Origin: Lama guanicoe
Taxonomy: Eukaryota
Direction of reading: 5' to 3'
Assembly (NCBI GenBank): GCA_013239625.1
Contig: MU053559.1
Span: forward strand, 1,627,003-1,691,002
Length of the DNA stretch: 64,000 bases
The number at the start of each line of letters is the position of its first letter. The stretch's first letter is position 1. The notes beneath the pieces were generated by a model that saw only the letters and a program-made list of their open reading frames with translations, was not told the origin of the DNA and searched no databases. Of this stretch, positions 53,290 through 64,000 are shown piece after piece. Position numbers and translations under genes: made by a program.

Positions 53290-54990
53290 AGAGCAACTAG
53301 AACTCTTATACATTGCTTGGGGGTGGGGGGATTGTTGCAAAAATGGTTCTAGTAACTGGGAAATGCTTGGCCGGTTCTTATAAAATTGAACATAAACTTG
53401 CCCAATGACTGAGCAGTCCCATTCTGGGTATTTGCCCTAGAGAAATGAAAACATGTTCGCATAAAACCCTCCTCATGGATGTTCATAGCAGCCTTATTTG
53501 TGAGAGCCAAAAGCTGAAAACAAGCCAAATGTCCCTCAACAAGTGAATGGATAAACAAACTAGTATATTCATGCAATGGGATGCTACTCAACAGTGAAAA
53601 GGAATGAAGTGTTAACTCCCACACTACTTGGGTGAATCTCAAAGGTGCTAGGCTGAGAGAAGCCAGTCTCAAAAGGTCCCATACTATATGGTCACACACT
53701 ATATAAAAAGACAAAACTCTTGTTACGGGAAACAAATCAGTGACTGCTGGCGTTACAGATAGGGTGAAGCTATAACTCTCAAGGGATATAGTACAAGGGA
53801 GTTTTCTTGGGAGTGACAGAACTGTGTGATATCCTGATGGGGGTGGTGCTTACATGAATCTATGCTGTCGTGTATACAGAAGTAGAAATATAACGTTGTA
53901 CACCTGAAACTTACATGTTATAAACCAATGTTACCTCAATAAAAAATCAAATGTAAAAATTCATGGAACTGTACACCCAAGGGAAAAAGTCCATTTTATT
54001 TAAAAAGTAAAAAAAAAAATTTAAGACAGCATCAAGAAAGTTTAAAAAAAAAAGAGAAGTAAAAACAAGCCACAGACTGGGAGAAAATATTTTCAAATCA
54101 TATATTAATAAAGAACTTGTATCAGAATACATCAAGATCTTTTACAGTTCACTAAGACAGTCTGGTTTAAACATGGCAAAGGATTTGAATCAACGGACAT
54201 TTCACCAAAGAAGATATACAGGTGGCCCATAAGCACATTAAAATATACTTGACCTCATTAGGCATTAGGGAAATGCAAATTAAAACCACAGTGAGATATC
54301 ACTAAACAGTCTCTAAAGTAGATAAAATTAAAAGACAAAAACAAGTGTTGTGGAGCATATAAACAAGCTGTAACTCTCATACTTTGCTGATGGAGATAAA
54401 AACCGTATAAAATGGTATACAGTTTCCTTAAATGGTTGGAAAACAGTTTGGCAGTTTCTTAAAATAGTAAACATGGATTTACCATGTGATACAGCAGCTC
54501 CATTCCTAGGTCTCTACCCTAGAGAAATGAAAACATATGTCCACACAGACTTGGATGGAAATGCTCACAGCAGCGTTACTGATAATAGCAAAAAAGTGGA
54601 ACCAACGCAAATGCTCAACTGGTGAATAGATAAACAAAATACGGTATATCCATACAGTGGAATACTGTTCAGCAGTAAAAAGTGATGAAGTACTAGTAGC
54701 TTCTTGGCACATGGGTGAACCTTGAAAACATAATGGCATGAAAGACTACATATTGTATGATTCCATTTGTATGAAATGTCTTGAAAAGGCAAATCTGCAG
54801 AGACAGAAAAATAGATCAGTAGTTGCCTGGGGCTGGGAGTGGGAAACAGAGTGACTGCAAAAGGAAATGTTCCAAACTTAGATTGTGGTAGTTGCACAAC
54901 TCTGTGAATATACTCAAAATCATGGAATTGTACACTTAAAATTTGGGGCAAATTTTATGGTATGTCAATTACACCTCAATAAAATTAGTT
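53290..54990 (+). mobile_element. Tandem older LINE-1 (L1MB/MC-like) 3' fragments
   Basis: Two sense L1 3' ends ('ccctagagaaatgaaaacat', 'aatgtccctcaac', terminal 'ctcaataaa'). Confidence 0.75.
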
Positions 54991-56471
54991 TTTAAAAGTG
55001 AATATTTCACTCTGTGTTCAAGTGACAATCATATATTCATTGAATTCTCCTTGAAACTATACTGGTGAATGGCACAGCTGCATAATATGTAATAGAACAA
55101 GTAGACAAGGATATTGGAAAGGCTGTAACACCTTCTCAAAACCGGAGTCCCTTACATGACCCCCAAACCTGAAAAGTCATTGCCCCTGCTCTCTCTTTGT
55201 TCACTCAATTAGAAATAGTTATCACTGTCCTCAGACACTCTGTGTGACTGGATGTGGAATGGAACGCTTTCTTTTCTCTGAATTTCAGACGAAGCTTTTG
55301 AACTCAGAACAGCTCCTACAGTGCTGTAAATATCCCCAGAGTAGTGCCCCAACTGAGCTCCCAGTAGCTCCCATAAGGGAAGGTGAAGTCCCGTTAGAGA
55401 ACAGTACATCAAGCCTCCTGCTCCCCAACTCCTTAACAAAGGCTTATAAATAGAGACATTGAACTATTGCAGCAGGTGGATGGCTGTCTAGAATTACAGC
55501 TGAGCGTCGATTTGTTCAACAGTTCTCCCAACAATCTCATGGACACTGGCACCAGATTCATGGGGGCTAGTTTCTTTAATGACCTTATAGAATTTTTGAG
55601 CCACGCTTTGTCCATTATTAAATTCCTTCCTGATACCACCAATTTTAGGATGGGCACATGCATAAACTGTATATAGGAGGTTTGGTGGGGGAGAGTCATG
55701 TCTTTTTTAAACATTAGAAATGTTTGCAGTTGTATACCATCAGCACAGTATGCAAACACAGGAGTTTTTTTTTTTTCATACAAGTTGAAAGTCTTGAAAT
55801 TTTTTTCCAGAAAAAGTTTTGAATTTTTGCACCTTTGGAGTTCCTCGTGTTGCTTTAAGCCACATCAGATATCAAAAGAATTTCCTCCATGTTTGCTTTC
55901 TGTAAAAGTTGAGAATTAAAGTTTTCCTGGCATTAGTCATATACCTGTGAAATCAGTGAGTCTGTTTTCACCAGCTGACGTCTTACGTGCTGTGTTTCTG
56001 GCCCGCGTGCATTGTCGGTTATTGCTCTTTGTTGTCTGGAACGCTGTGCTGTTGATCCAGTAAAACCATTAATGCCTCTGTTGCTCTCCATCATTATTTT
56101 TTGTGAGTACTGAACTTTCTGAGCTTTGAAAAAAAAAATCTGATGTCACATTCTAATTCCTTGGGGGTTATGACATTTTTATAGTTGTAGATTTTATCCT
56201 GTCCAAGGATGGCTTCCATATCTAAAAGATGAAAATATGCCATTCGTGTTTTTTCCAAGTCTTTATTATATTTTCACTAAAATACCCCTTCTACAGTCCT
56301 AATTTCTTATTCTTTCTTGAAGTGGAAGACGCCACATGTGCACTTCGTATAGCAATGACTCTGTTCTTTGTGCCATGGACTATGATGGTTATAAACATAT
56401 ATCTAAATGTTTGAGAAGCTACTCAAATTCTACCTTGAATTAGCAGCATATCTTGTTACTTGGTACATTTT

Positions 56472-56935
56472 ATTTTATTGAGTTATAGTCAGTTTACAAT
56501 GTTGTGTCAAATTCCAGTGTAGAGCACAGCACAATTTTTTAGTTATACATGAACATATATATATATTCGTTGTCACATTCTTTTTCTCTATGAGCTACCA
56601 CAAGACCTTGTATGTATTTCCCTGTGCTGTACAGTATAATCTTGTTTATCTATTCTATATATGCCTGTCAGTATCTACAGGTTTTGAAATCCCAGTCTGT
56701 CCCTTCCCACCCACCGCCCCCTTGGCAACCACAAGTTTGTATTCTATGTCATGGTATTTTTTATATTAATCCACATTGTTTCATGCTTATTATGTTCTTT
56801 TTTAATTCCACATATGAATGATCTCATATGGTATTTTTCTTTCTGTTTCTGGCTTACTTCACTTAGAATGACATTCTCCAGAGACATCCATGTTGCTGCA
56901 AATGGCGTTATGTTGTCGGTTTTTATGGCTGAATA
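56472..56935 (-). mobile_element. Young 5'-truncated LINE-1 3'UTR
   Basis: TSD GTACATTTT (56463-56471 and 56936-56944); ORF 56744..56941 (YYSAIK...FAATWM.LE.VILSEVSQ) is L1-like. Confidence 0.88.
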
Positions 56936-57234
56936 GTACATTTTTGATCAAAAGTTTTGGGACGGTTTTAACCTTTGTCTTTGCTGTGGTGCTTTTTATT
57001 GTCATATGTTAACACAAGGGGGCAGCACCATCACCTTCGCTGTCTCCATAACATCTTTAATGTGGGCACGTTGGACCCAGGTAGGGAGGGAAAGATTTCT
57101 TAAGTTTATAAAAACAATATTCATCATCTAATAACTCTTCTAGGAATGACGGTGATGATTACTGAGAGAAAGTGCGAGGGCATTTCCTGTAGTTGAGGAG
57201 TTTGTCTGCAAACATAAACCTCCTGCAAGGAGCA

Positions 57235-58055
57235 AATCTGTTTCCCTTCTGCTCTCTGCTAGACACTTCTGTGGCCACGTGTGGGAGTTTTCTCACACCA
57301 AGCAATTCTCCAGCTCTCTAGGAGATACCACTGGGTATCACACAATTTAGCTCAGTTGTGACACTATCTACCTGGAAACAGCGTCAGATCCCACGGGCCT
57401 CACAAGACCCCTGCCCCTCTCATTTCAATGGTCAGTCACAAGTCCAGGTTGTCACCCGAACTTCTGACCAACTGGCTATAAATCAGAGGCTCCCATGTTC
57501 CTCTCCTTGGGTTGGATCATCTGCTAGAAGACCTCAAAGAACTCAGGAAATCCATTTACTTACTATATTGCTGGTTGATTATAAAAGGATATAACTCAGG
57601 AACAGCCAGATGGAAGAGATGCATAAGACAAGTTATGTGGGAGCTTCCATGCCCCCTTCGGGTAAGGTAGGCTCCCCGGCCTTCCATGTGTTCGCCAACC
57701 CAGAAGCTCTCTGAACCTGTGTACTTTGGGGATTTTTATAGAGGTGTCGTTACATAGGTACAATTAATTAAATCATTAGCCACTCGTGATTAACTCAACC
57801 TCCAGCCCCTCTTCCCTGCCCGGAGGTCAGGAGGTGGGGTGGAATTAAAAGTTCCAACTCTCTAATCACAGGGTTGGTTCCCCTGGCAACCAGCCCCCAT
57901 TCTGAGGCTAATCGAGGAGCCCCAGCCATCAGTCATCTCATTAGCGTACAAAAGGACACATCACTTCTGAGATTCCGAGGGTTTTAGGAGCTGTGTACCG
58001 GGAAACTGGGATGAAGACCAAATACTTGTTTTTTATTATAAATCACAATCTCACA
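57235..58055 (-). mobile_element. MER21-like LTR, opposite orientation to the copy at 45128
   Basis: Reverse-complement homology to 45128-45915 ('ttttattataaatcacaatctcaca', 'ggttggttcccctggcaaccagcccc', 'gacactatctacctgg'). Confidence 0.7.
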
Positions 58056-58230
58056 CCGCCTCTTTTGTAAGACTGGCAGTCATTGTGAGGATTCTGCTGT
58101 ATTATTAGTTAGCTCTGCTAATAATGTGGCTAGTGCAGTAAAGAAACAGTGAGTTCTGTGAAACAGATATTGATGTGGGAGAAGGATAGCTTTCTGTAAA
58201 TGACTTATTTTGGTTTCCGGATGAAGACAT

Positions 58231-60600
58231 TGTCAACTGAAGAAAAAAGGCACAACCTAAAAGCTGTGAGTTATGTTTTATTAGGGGACCTTACTGAGGA
58301 CTGTCCAGCCCAGGAGACGGTCTCTCAGCTCTGAGAAATTGTTCCAAAGAGGTAAGAGAGGACCCTGGATTTATAGGAGTTTTTGCTGGGGAAAAAAACC
58401 CAGTCATGTAGTCAAACATCAGAAGATTACTGCTAATCACAGAAACCAGACCTCTCAAGTTAAGGAATTTGGTGCTTTTCTACGTTTGTGAAGATAGGAG
58501 AGTCCGGGCTATTTGAAATTATTCCTTTGATGTACGACTCTCTAGATGGAGACTGTTTTTCTCCATCCGAATTTTCCCAATAGCGCACCTTGGGGATGTG
58601 TGCGGCTACTTTGGCAGCTGATGGTCTGCAATGTTCCGTTTACTGGAAAGGCAGGCAACATTTTCTTTGGTCCATAGCGCCTCCTCTTGGTCACAAATTA
58701 GACCAAGGTTTGGGAGGCATTCCATGACCAATTTGTCCCTCGGTGCTAGGAAGGCTCATTCATGGATCAGACAAGGATTGTGTTGACAGGCCACTCAGTG
58801 TGCTAATTTTAGGTTAAGCGCTGTTGATAACCTAAAATTCTCTGTATCTTACTAGTGTATGTTCCTAGTCTATTATAATTCAGGAAATGTTTTCTTTTGT
58901 TGCTTTTACCCATATCTAGTGTTGAATTATTACAATTATTTTATGTGGAGTTAAATGTATGATGGATTGCCTCAAGATGTTTAGCCATTATTAATTTTGT
59001 CAGAAGCCTGGTGACCCATTGGGTAAAAATTGGATTACAATTAGGTAAAACACATGTATATATATTTAACTGGGGTAAATAGAGCGGGCTTGTTTGGGTC
59101 TCTTTAATGTTGGGTACCAATTGGGGGTCCCTTTGGCCCATCCAGCCTTAGGTAGTGTTGTGTCAAAACCTTTTGCTTTAATCTCATTAACGTCTGTTTT
59201 TATTTGTCCCATTTCTTAACAACCATCTTAAGATTTTGACCCTTTTGGTATGAGTCCCTTTAAAATTTCTACCTTGCTGGAAAGAAATCTAGACTTTCTC
59301 TCAGCTTCTTCTTATTTTTGTTAATCAACCTAATTAACAATTAATCTAATGATCATTAGCATCTGTAAGACCCATAGAAGGGAAGTTGAGACCACAAGTA
59401 AGGCTTCCGAAACCATGTTTTTTTGTTTGTTTTAAACTAAGGGAGTTCTTAGTAATACAGGAGAAGTGAATGTGGAGCGTGAGGAGGGCCGTGTCCCAGA
59501 TCTCGACTGAGTCCCTGGGAGGAGCCCCGCCAAGTGTGGGTCCTTGGCTTCACACAGGAACGAATTCAAGAGCAAGCCACAGTTGAGTAAAGGTAGATTT
59601 ATTTAGAGAGATACATACTGCATAGAGTGTAGGCTGTTTCAGAAGGAGAGAGAAAGGCCACGGGGTGTGGGGGTTGAGTGCTCACATTAAAGTAAAAGGA
59701 GGTACATATTCCATAGACAGAGTGCGGGCCGTCTCTGAAGAGGAGGAAACAAGAGAGGCGGCCACGAGGCGTGGTGTTGCGTTTTTATGGGCTCGGTAGC
59801 TTCATATCTTAACAAGTGGAAGGACCAGTCTAACTACCCTGGGGAAGGGGTTGGGGTTCCCAGGAATTGGGCCACTGCCCACTCTTTGACCTTTTATGGT
59901 CAGCCTCGAAGCTGTCATGGTCCCTGTGGGAGTGTCACTTACCATGTTAATATTACAATGAGTGTATAATGAAGCTCAAGGTCTACTAGAAGTCAAAGCT
60001 CCCACCATCTTGAGCCTCAAGGCCTCCTAGGGGTTGAATCTTCCACCATTTTGGTGTTAATTGCTGTGTCATTCTTCGAATGGCTGTGCCCTGCCCCCTT
60101 CTTTTCTGTTTCATTAGGTTGGCATATACATATATATAATATATATATATTTTATTCACCTTCTCATTTGTTTTTTTCATAAGTACCAATAAAACAGCTG
60201 TTAATAATGCGAGCTCTCTGAAAATGTACCAATTTGGAAGTTTCTCCAATTTAAAGGACCCATTGTCTGGCCATTGATGAGCTATATCTCATTAGTGACT
60301 CAAAGAATGAGATGCAGGAGGCATCCCCACAGGAGAGTGCAAAGGATGCAGCCTTCACAAGATGTGGAACATTTACTCCCCAAAATAGTCTGAGAAAATA
60401 AAGAGCCTTCGTTGTACAGGCAGACGCAACAAAGGTGAAGATGACAGAGGTCCTTTAGGGGCTGGGACCACTTATGACAAACTTCCCTGAGAGTTGGCAA
60501 CAGCCAAGCCAGACTGCTCGGAATCCCAGTCTATTCGACTGGCTGCCAAATGTACACCATATATATAGCTTCCAGATGGCAGAGACCAAGCTCTCAAGTT
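58231..60600 (-). mobile_element. Truncated ERV1-type provirus: 3' LTR (58231-58676, family A), PPT and non-coding internal region
   Basis: LTR homologous to 27793-28269, followed immediately by GCGCCTCCTCTTGG (a polypurine tract on the minus strand). No gag/pol/env ORF recognisable; right boundary approximate. Confidence 0.7.
59453..60113 (-). mobile_element. ERV1-type solo LTR (family B) nested in the ERV internal region
   Basis: 4-bp TSD TTAG (59449-59452 and 60114-60117); TA(TG-derived)...CA termini; homologous to 61591-62029. Confidence 0.8.
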
Positions 60601-60701
60601 GTGATGATTAAGAACCTCATTTTTAATTTGCAGTAAAATTTTACAACTTTATTTTTTCACAAAAGTCAACATAGTTTAAAGTATGTTAGCACAAGTCTTT
60701 G

Positions 60702-60742
<41 letters not shown>
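60702..60742. repeat. (AAT)n microsatellite
   Basis: Seen directly. Confidence 0.95.
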
Positions 60743-60743
<1 letters not shown>

Positions 60744-61590
60744 CAATATAGACAAAGTTTGGCTTAAAGAACTGTATTTAGAAAAATAATATATAAAAGC
60801 TAGAAGGATTTTATATATTATTTGTTCTTCAACAATGTCTTGTTAGTTCTCATATGTCTTGGTGACATTGTAGAACGTTATACATAGACATTGTTCTTTT
60901 TCTCATATAACTTTCTCCATTAATGGCAAAATGGGAGGGGCGAGCATTTTACCATTCTGTCTTTCAATACTGCTAACAAAGAACCGAACAAAGAAGTCTG
61001 AAGTCTTCCTCCTAAGAGAGAATTGTAGAAAGAGTCTGGTGGTTATTTATGTTTTTTTTTTTTTTTTCATTTCGCTCACTTTTCCTTGGGCACGTGTGAC
61101 TCACGTCCAGGACCAGGGGAGCGACCCTCCCTCCTCACTCATGGAATTGAAAGCTTACACATCGTTTTGCTGTTTTTTTTTCCTAAAGAGAAAACGCTAC
61201 TAAGAATGGAATGAAATGTTAAGACTTGCAGCTAATGATGCTAGCTGTATCAATGCCACAGTCCCCAGCAGCCAGCTCTACAGTCCTTGAATCATGACTG
61301 TGAAAATTTGCACTGTGGTGTTTAGCTGCCTAGGGGATATAATTGTTTTTCTCCATGATACCCAGTACTTGAAATGACCTAAGCAAAGGCATTTCTTTTT
61401 TCTTTTTCTTTTTTTCCTTCCTCTGGTGTGTGGCAAAACAAGTTGCATCTGTAGCAGCTAGAAATCCCCGTGGCCTTGCCATCGCTGGTGGATGGTGGCA
61501 GGACTGGCCCGAGGGAAGCTGCTGGTGCAAATTGAAGAGCTCAGCAGTTCTGCCGTGTGCTGTGCTGGGCAGAAAAAAAACTTGGCCTCT

Positions 61591-62029
61591 TGTTGCTAGA
61601 GAGCAAGTTCTTGCTTCACTCAGGAAAGAATTCAAGAGCGAGGCATAGTAAAGTGAAAGCAAGTTTATTTAGAGAGATACACATTCCATAGACAGAGTGC
61701 GGGCAGTCTCAGAAGGCAAGAGAGAGAGCCACCATGAGGTGTGGAGTTGTTAGTTTTTATGGGCTTGGTAATTTCATGTGCTTAAGAGTAGGATGATTAT
61801 TCCAACTATGTTGGGGAAGGGGTGGGGATTCCCAGGAATTGGGCCCCGCCCACTTTGGGACCTTTTATGGTCAGCCTTGGAGCTGTCATGACACCTGTGG
61901 GTGCCCCATGGGGCTCAAGGTCTACTGGAAGTCAAATCTTCCACCATCTTGGTTCTAATCAGTTTGTCCTGTCCTCAGTTGCTGTCATTCCATCAGTGGT
62001 TGTGCCCTGCCCCTTTCCCTCCTGTCTCA
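61591..62029 (-). mobile_element. ERV1-type solo LTR (family B)
   Basis: TG...CA termini; perfect 4-bp TSD CTCT (61587-61590 and 62030-62033); shares 'gaattcaagagc', 'tttatttagagagatac' and 'cccaggaattgggcc' with 59453-60113. Confidence 0.85.
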
Positions 62030-62333
62030 CTCTGATCACTCCATCCTCCTCCGCCAAAAGCCTGAGAAATGAGACATGATCAGTGGTTAAAATTACTTAG
62101 AGTCCCATCCTAACTGTGAAAGGTACAGTCCTACCTCGTCCTCCTGGGGGCTGCAGGACTCACCCTGGAATAGATAGAAGCTTAACCCCTCTGAAGGACT
62201 GTGTAGTTGTTCCTGAAATGCACACCCTCTGCCTGGTCTCTAAGATTCCTTCTGAGTTTCTTAGTCGTTGCCATTACTTCCACGCTCTCTCTGTCCTCCC
62301 ACAGGCCTGACGTTTTCTTCCACTCTGTTTCAG

Positions 62334-62533
62334 GGCTCATCGTCGGGGTGATCCTGAGGTACGGCACCCCTGCCACCAGTGGTCATGACAAGTCACTCAG
62401 CTGCACTCAGGAAGATAGGGCCTTCAGCACCTTATTAGTGAATGTCAGCGGGAAGTTCTTCGAATACACCCTGAAAGGAGAGATCAGCCCCGGCAAGATC
62501 AACAGCGTGGAGCAGAATGACATGCTGAGGAAG
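62334..62533 (+). CDS. SLC9A7: SLC9A7/NHE7 coding exon 2 (200 nt; TM end and luminal loop)
   Basis: TTTCAG|GG acceptor and AAG|GTGAGC donor. Encodes (G)[66 protein letters not shown], the NHE7 sequence, in phase with exon 1. Confidence 0.97.
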
Positions 62534-64000
62534 GTGAGCTCGGACCGTGTGCCAGCTGCTGTCCTGACATGGTCTTGGAGTTTTCTGATTCTGTCTCGAT
62601 CTTGTGGAGGGAAATCCTTTCAAACTCTTGGAATATCAGGAACATGCCTGGCTCCCAGTTTGGCCAGGAAGCTTTTGGACTGTGATGGGGAGAAGAAGGA
62701 ACCAGATTTGAACTTGAGCCTTTTAACTTTGTCAGACTGATGTGGATCACCGGTGATGCAGTGGGTTTGTAGTCCCCACTCAGCTCCTCTCTCCACCTCC
62801 CATCTCTTTGACTATGTCTCTTATCCTTGTCCTGGTTCAGGGATGAGATTATGTCTTTCTCAAAATAAGATTCGTTTCTCATTTTTCTTTTAGCTTGTGT
62901 ATTCAGTGTCCACAAGTGTTCTTAGTTCTTCATGGTTCTACAAACATTGATTGGGTTTCCCACTCTCATTGGTGATTGATGCCAAATGCTTACTGAATCT
63001 TCCAAGGAAAAATGTCTTGTTGTCTTAGAATTTGAGTCCAACTGTTGTTTGCCATTTGATGTTGGGGATAGCTAAAATACTCCACGAATCACGGGGTTCT
63101 ATATCTCTTCATTTGGGTGATTTCCAGGATAAGCATGAGATCTGTATTTATCCACATATATTCTATTACCTTATAGACCCGGGCGTATCAGCAGGAAGAC
63201 TTCTGTGTAAGGGATCCAAGTTGTGGGAGCCCCTTGTAATATCTGAAGGCTTGCAGTCAAAGAGTGCAGACTGTGCTCCAGAATTAAATTGTTGTTGTTC
63301 TCGGGATCTACCACCATCTTTAAAGAAAATTATTCTCAACCTGGAGCATTCAACACGCCCATCTCTCAGTCCCTAATGGCAGTCCTAGCAAGCTCTTTGC
63401 GCTCAACTACTTCATAAGAACGCATGGGATTTCCATAAACATTTGTGAAATTAAATGTGACTGAGAAAGGTACCCAGTATAAATACCACACTGAGGGCTG
63501 TTTCGAAATGGCCACCAGCATCCTTCATACTCAGTAGGATCGGGGGGAAAAGGAAAGACGTCAGCCCATTTTCATCTTTTCGTTCATAATAGAAGATGAA
63601 GTTGACTTTTACCCTCTTATCTTTAGAAAAAGTGTTAATTCAATTCCTTTCTTTTTCAACTTCTGCCACACAAAGCAAAGGTGGGAGGACAAATGAGGCT
63701 GAGATGATAGTTGTTAATTGAGGGGAGAAGAGACATGTTGAGGCGGCTTGGTTGATGCAGAGAGTCTTGAAGTGGGTGTCAGAGAACTCCTTTGCTGATT
63801 CAAACAGGACTTCCAGCAGGTCCCTCTCTCCTGGGCCCCAGTGTCCTCATACTGGAGAGGTGTGTGTCCAAGACCCCTTCTCATTGGGCCATTCTCTGTT
63901 TTTCAGACTACTTTTATCTTCAGCAAGAAGAAAGAATAAAACATAATTTGAATTAAAACATACTTTTAATTAGGGCGGTCAACATTTCCAGTTTCTAAAG

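Noticed and set aside
55433..55783. 116-aa minus-strand ORF, possible second retrocopy
   Set aside because: No recognisable protein similarity in the translations available, and no poly(A)/TSD.
62423..62443. TTCAGCACC, a REST/RE1 left half-site
   Set aside because: The right half (GGACAG) is absent, and the sequence is explained by coding constraint.
62207..62740. 177-aa ORF spanning exon 2
   Set aside because: Only 62334-62533 matches NHE7 and has canonical splice sites; the flanks are chance open intron.

Overview
Mammalian genomic DNA, probably camelid: four tRNA-derived SINEs look like the camelid Vic-type SINE (inference from recalled consensus). The window holds the 5' end of SLC9A7 (NHE7, the trans-Golgi/endosomal Na+(K+)/H+ exchanger, X-linked in eutherians) on the + strand: a CpG-island promoter (~2.3-3.9 kb), coding exon 1 (2958-3279), a 59-kb intron 1 (3280-62333), coding exon 2 (62334-62533) and the start of intron 2. 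Intron 1 is dense with L1, L2, MIR, MaLR/MLT1, MER21-like, ERV1-type LTR and Tigger-type repeats. The most unusual object is a 5'-truncated retrocopy of ADGRA3/GPR125 (C-terminal tail plus 3'UTR, minus strand, 20974-21767). It is nested in a Tigger element, has an L1 in its poly(A) tail, and its expanded A-tract forms a candidate splice acceptor and poison exon on the SLC9A7 strand. Other notable structures are an L1 with both a 5' inversion and an apparent 3' transduction, a nearby inverted L1 pair, an LTR nested in an ERV, and a sense solo LTR with CCAAT/TATA upstream of the gene. I see no evidence of a wholly new biological system. Repeat family names come from memory and ancient-repeat boundaries are approximate.
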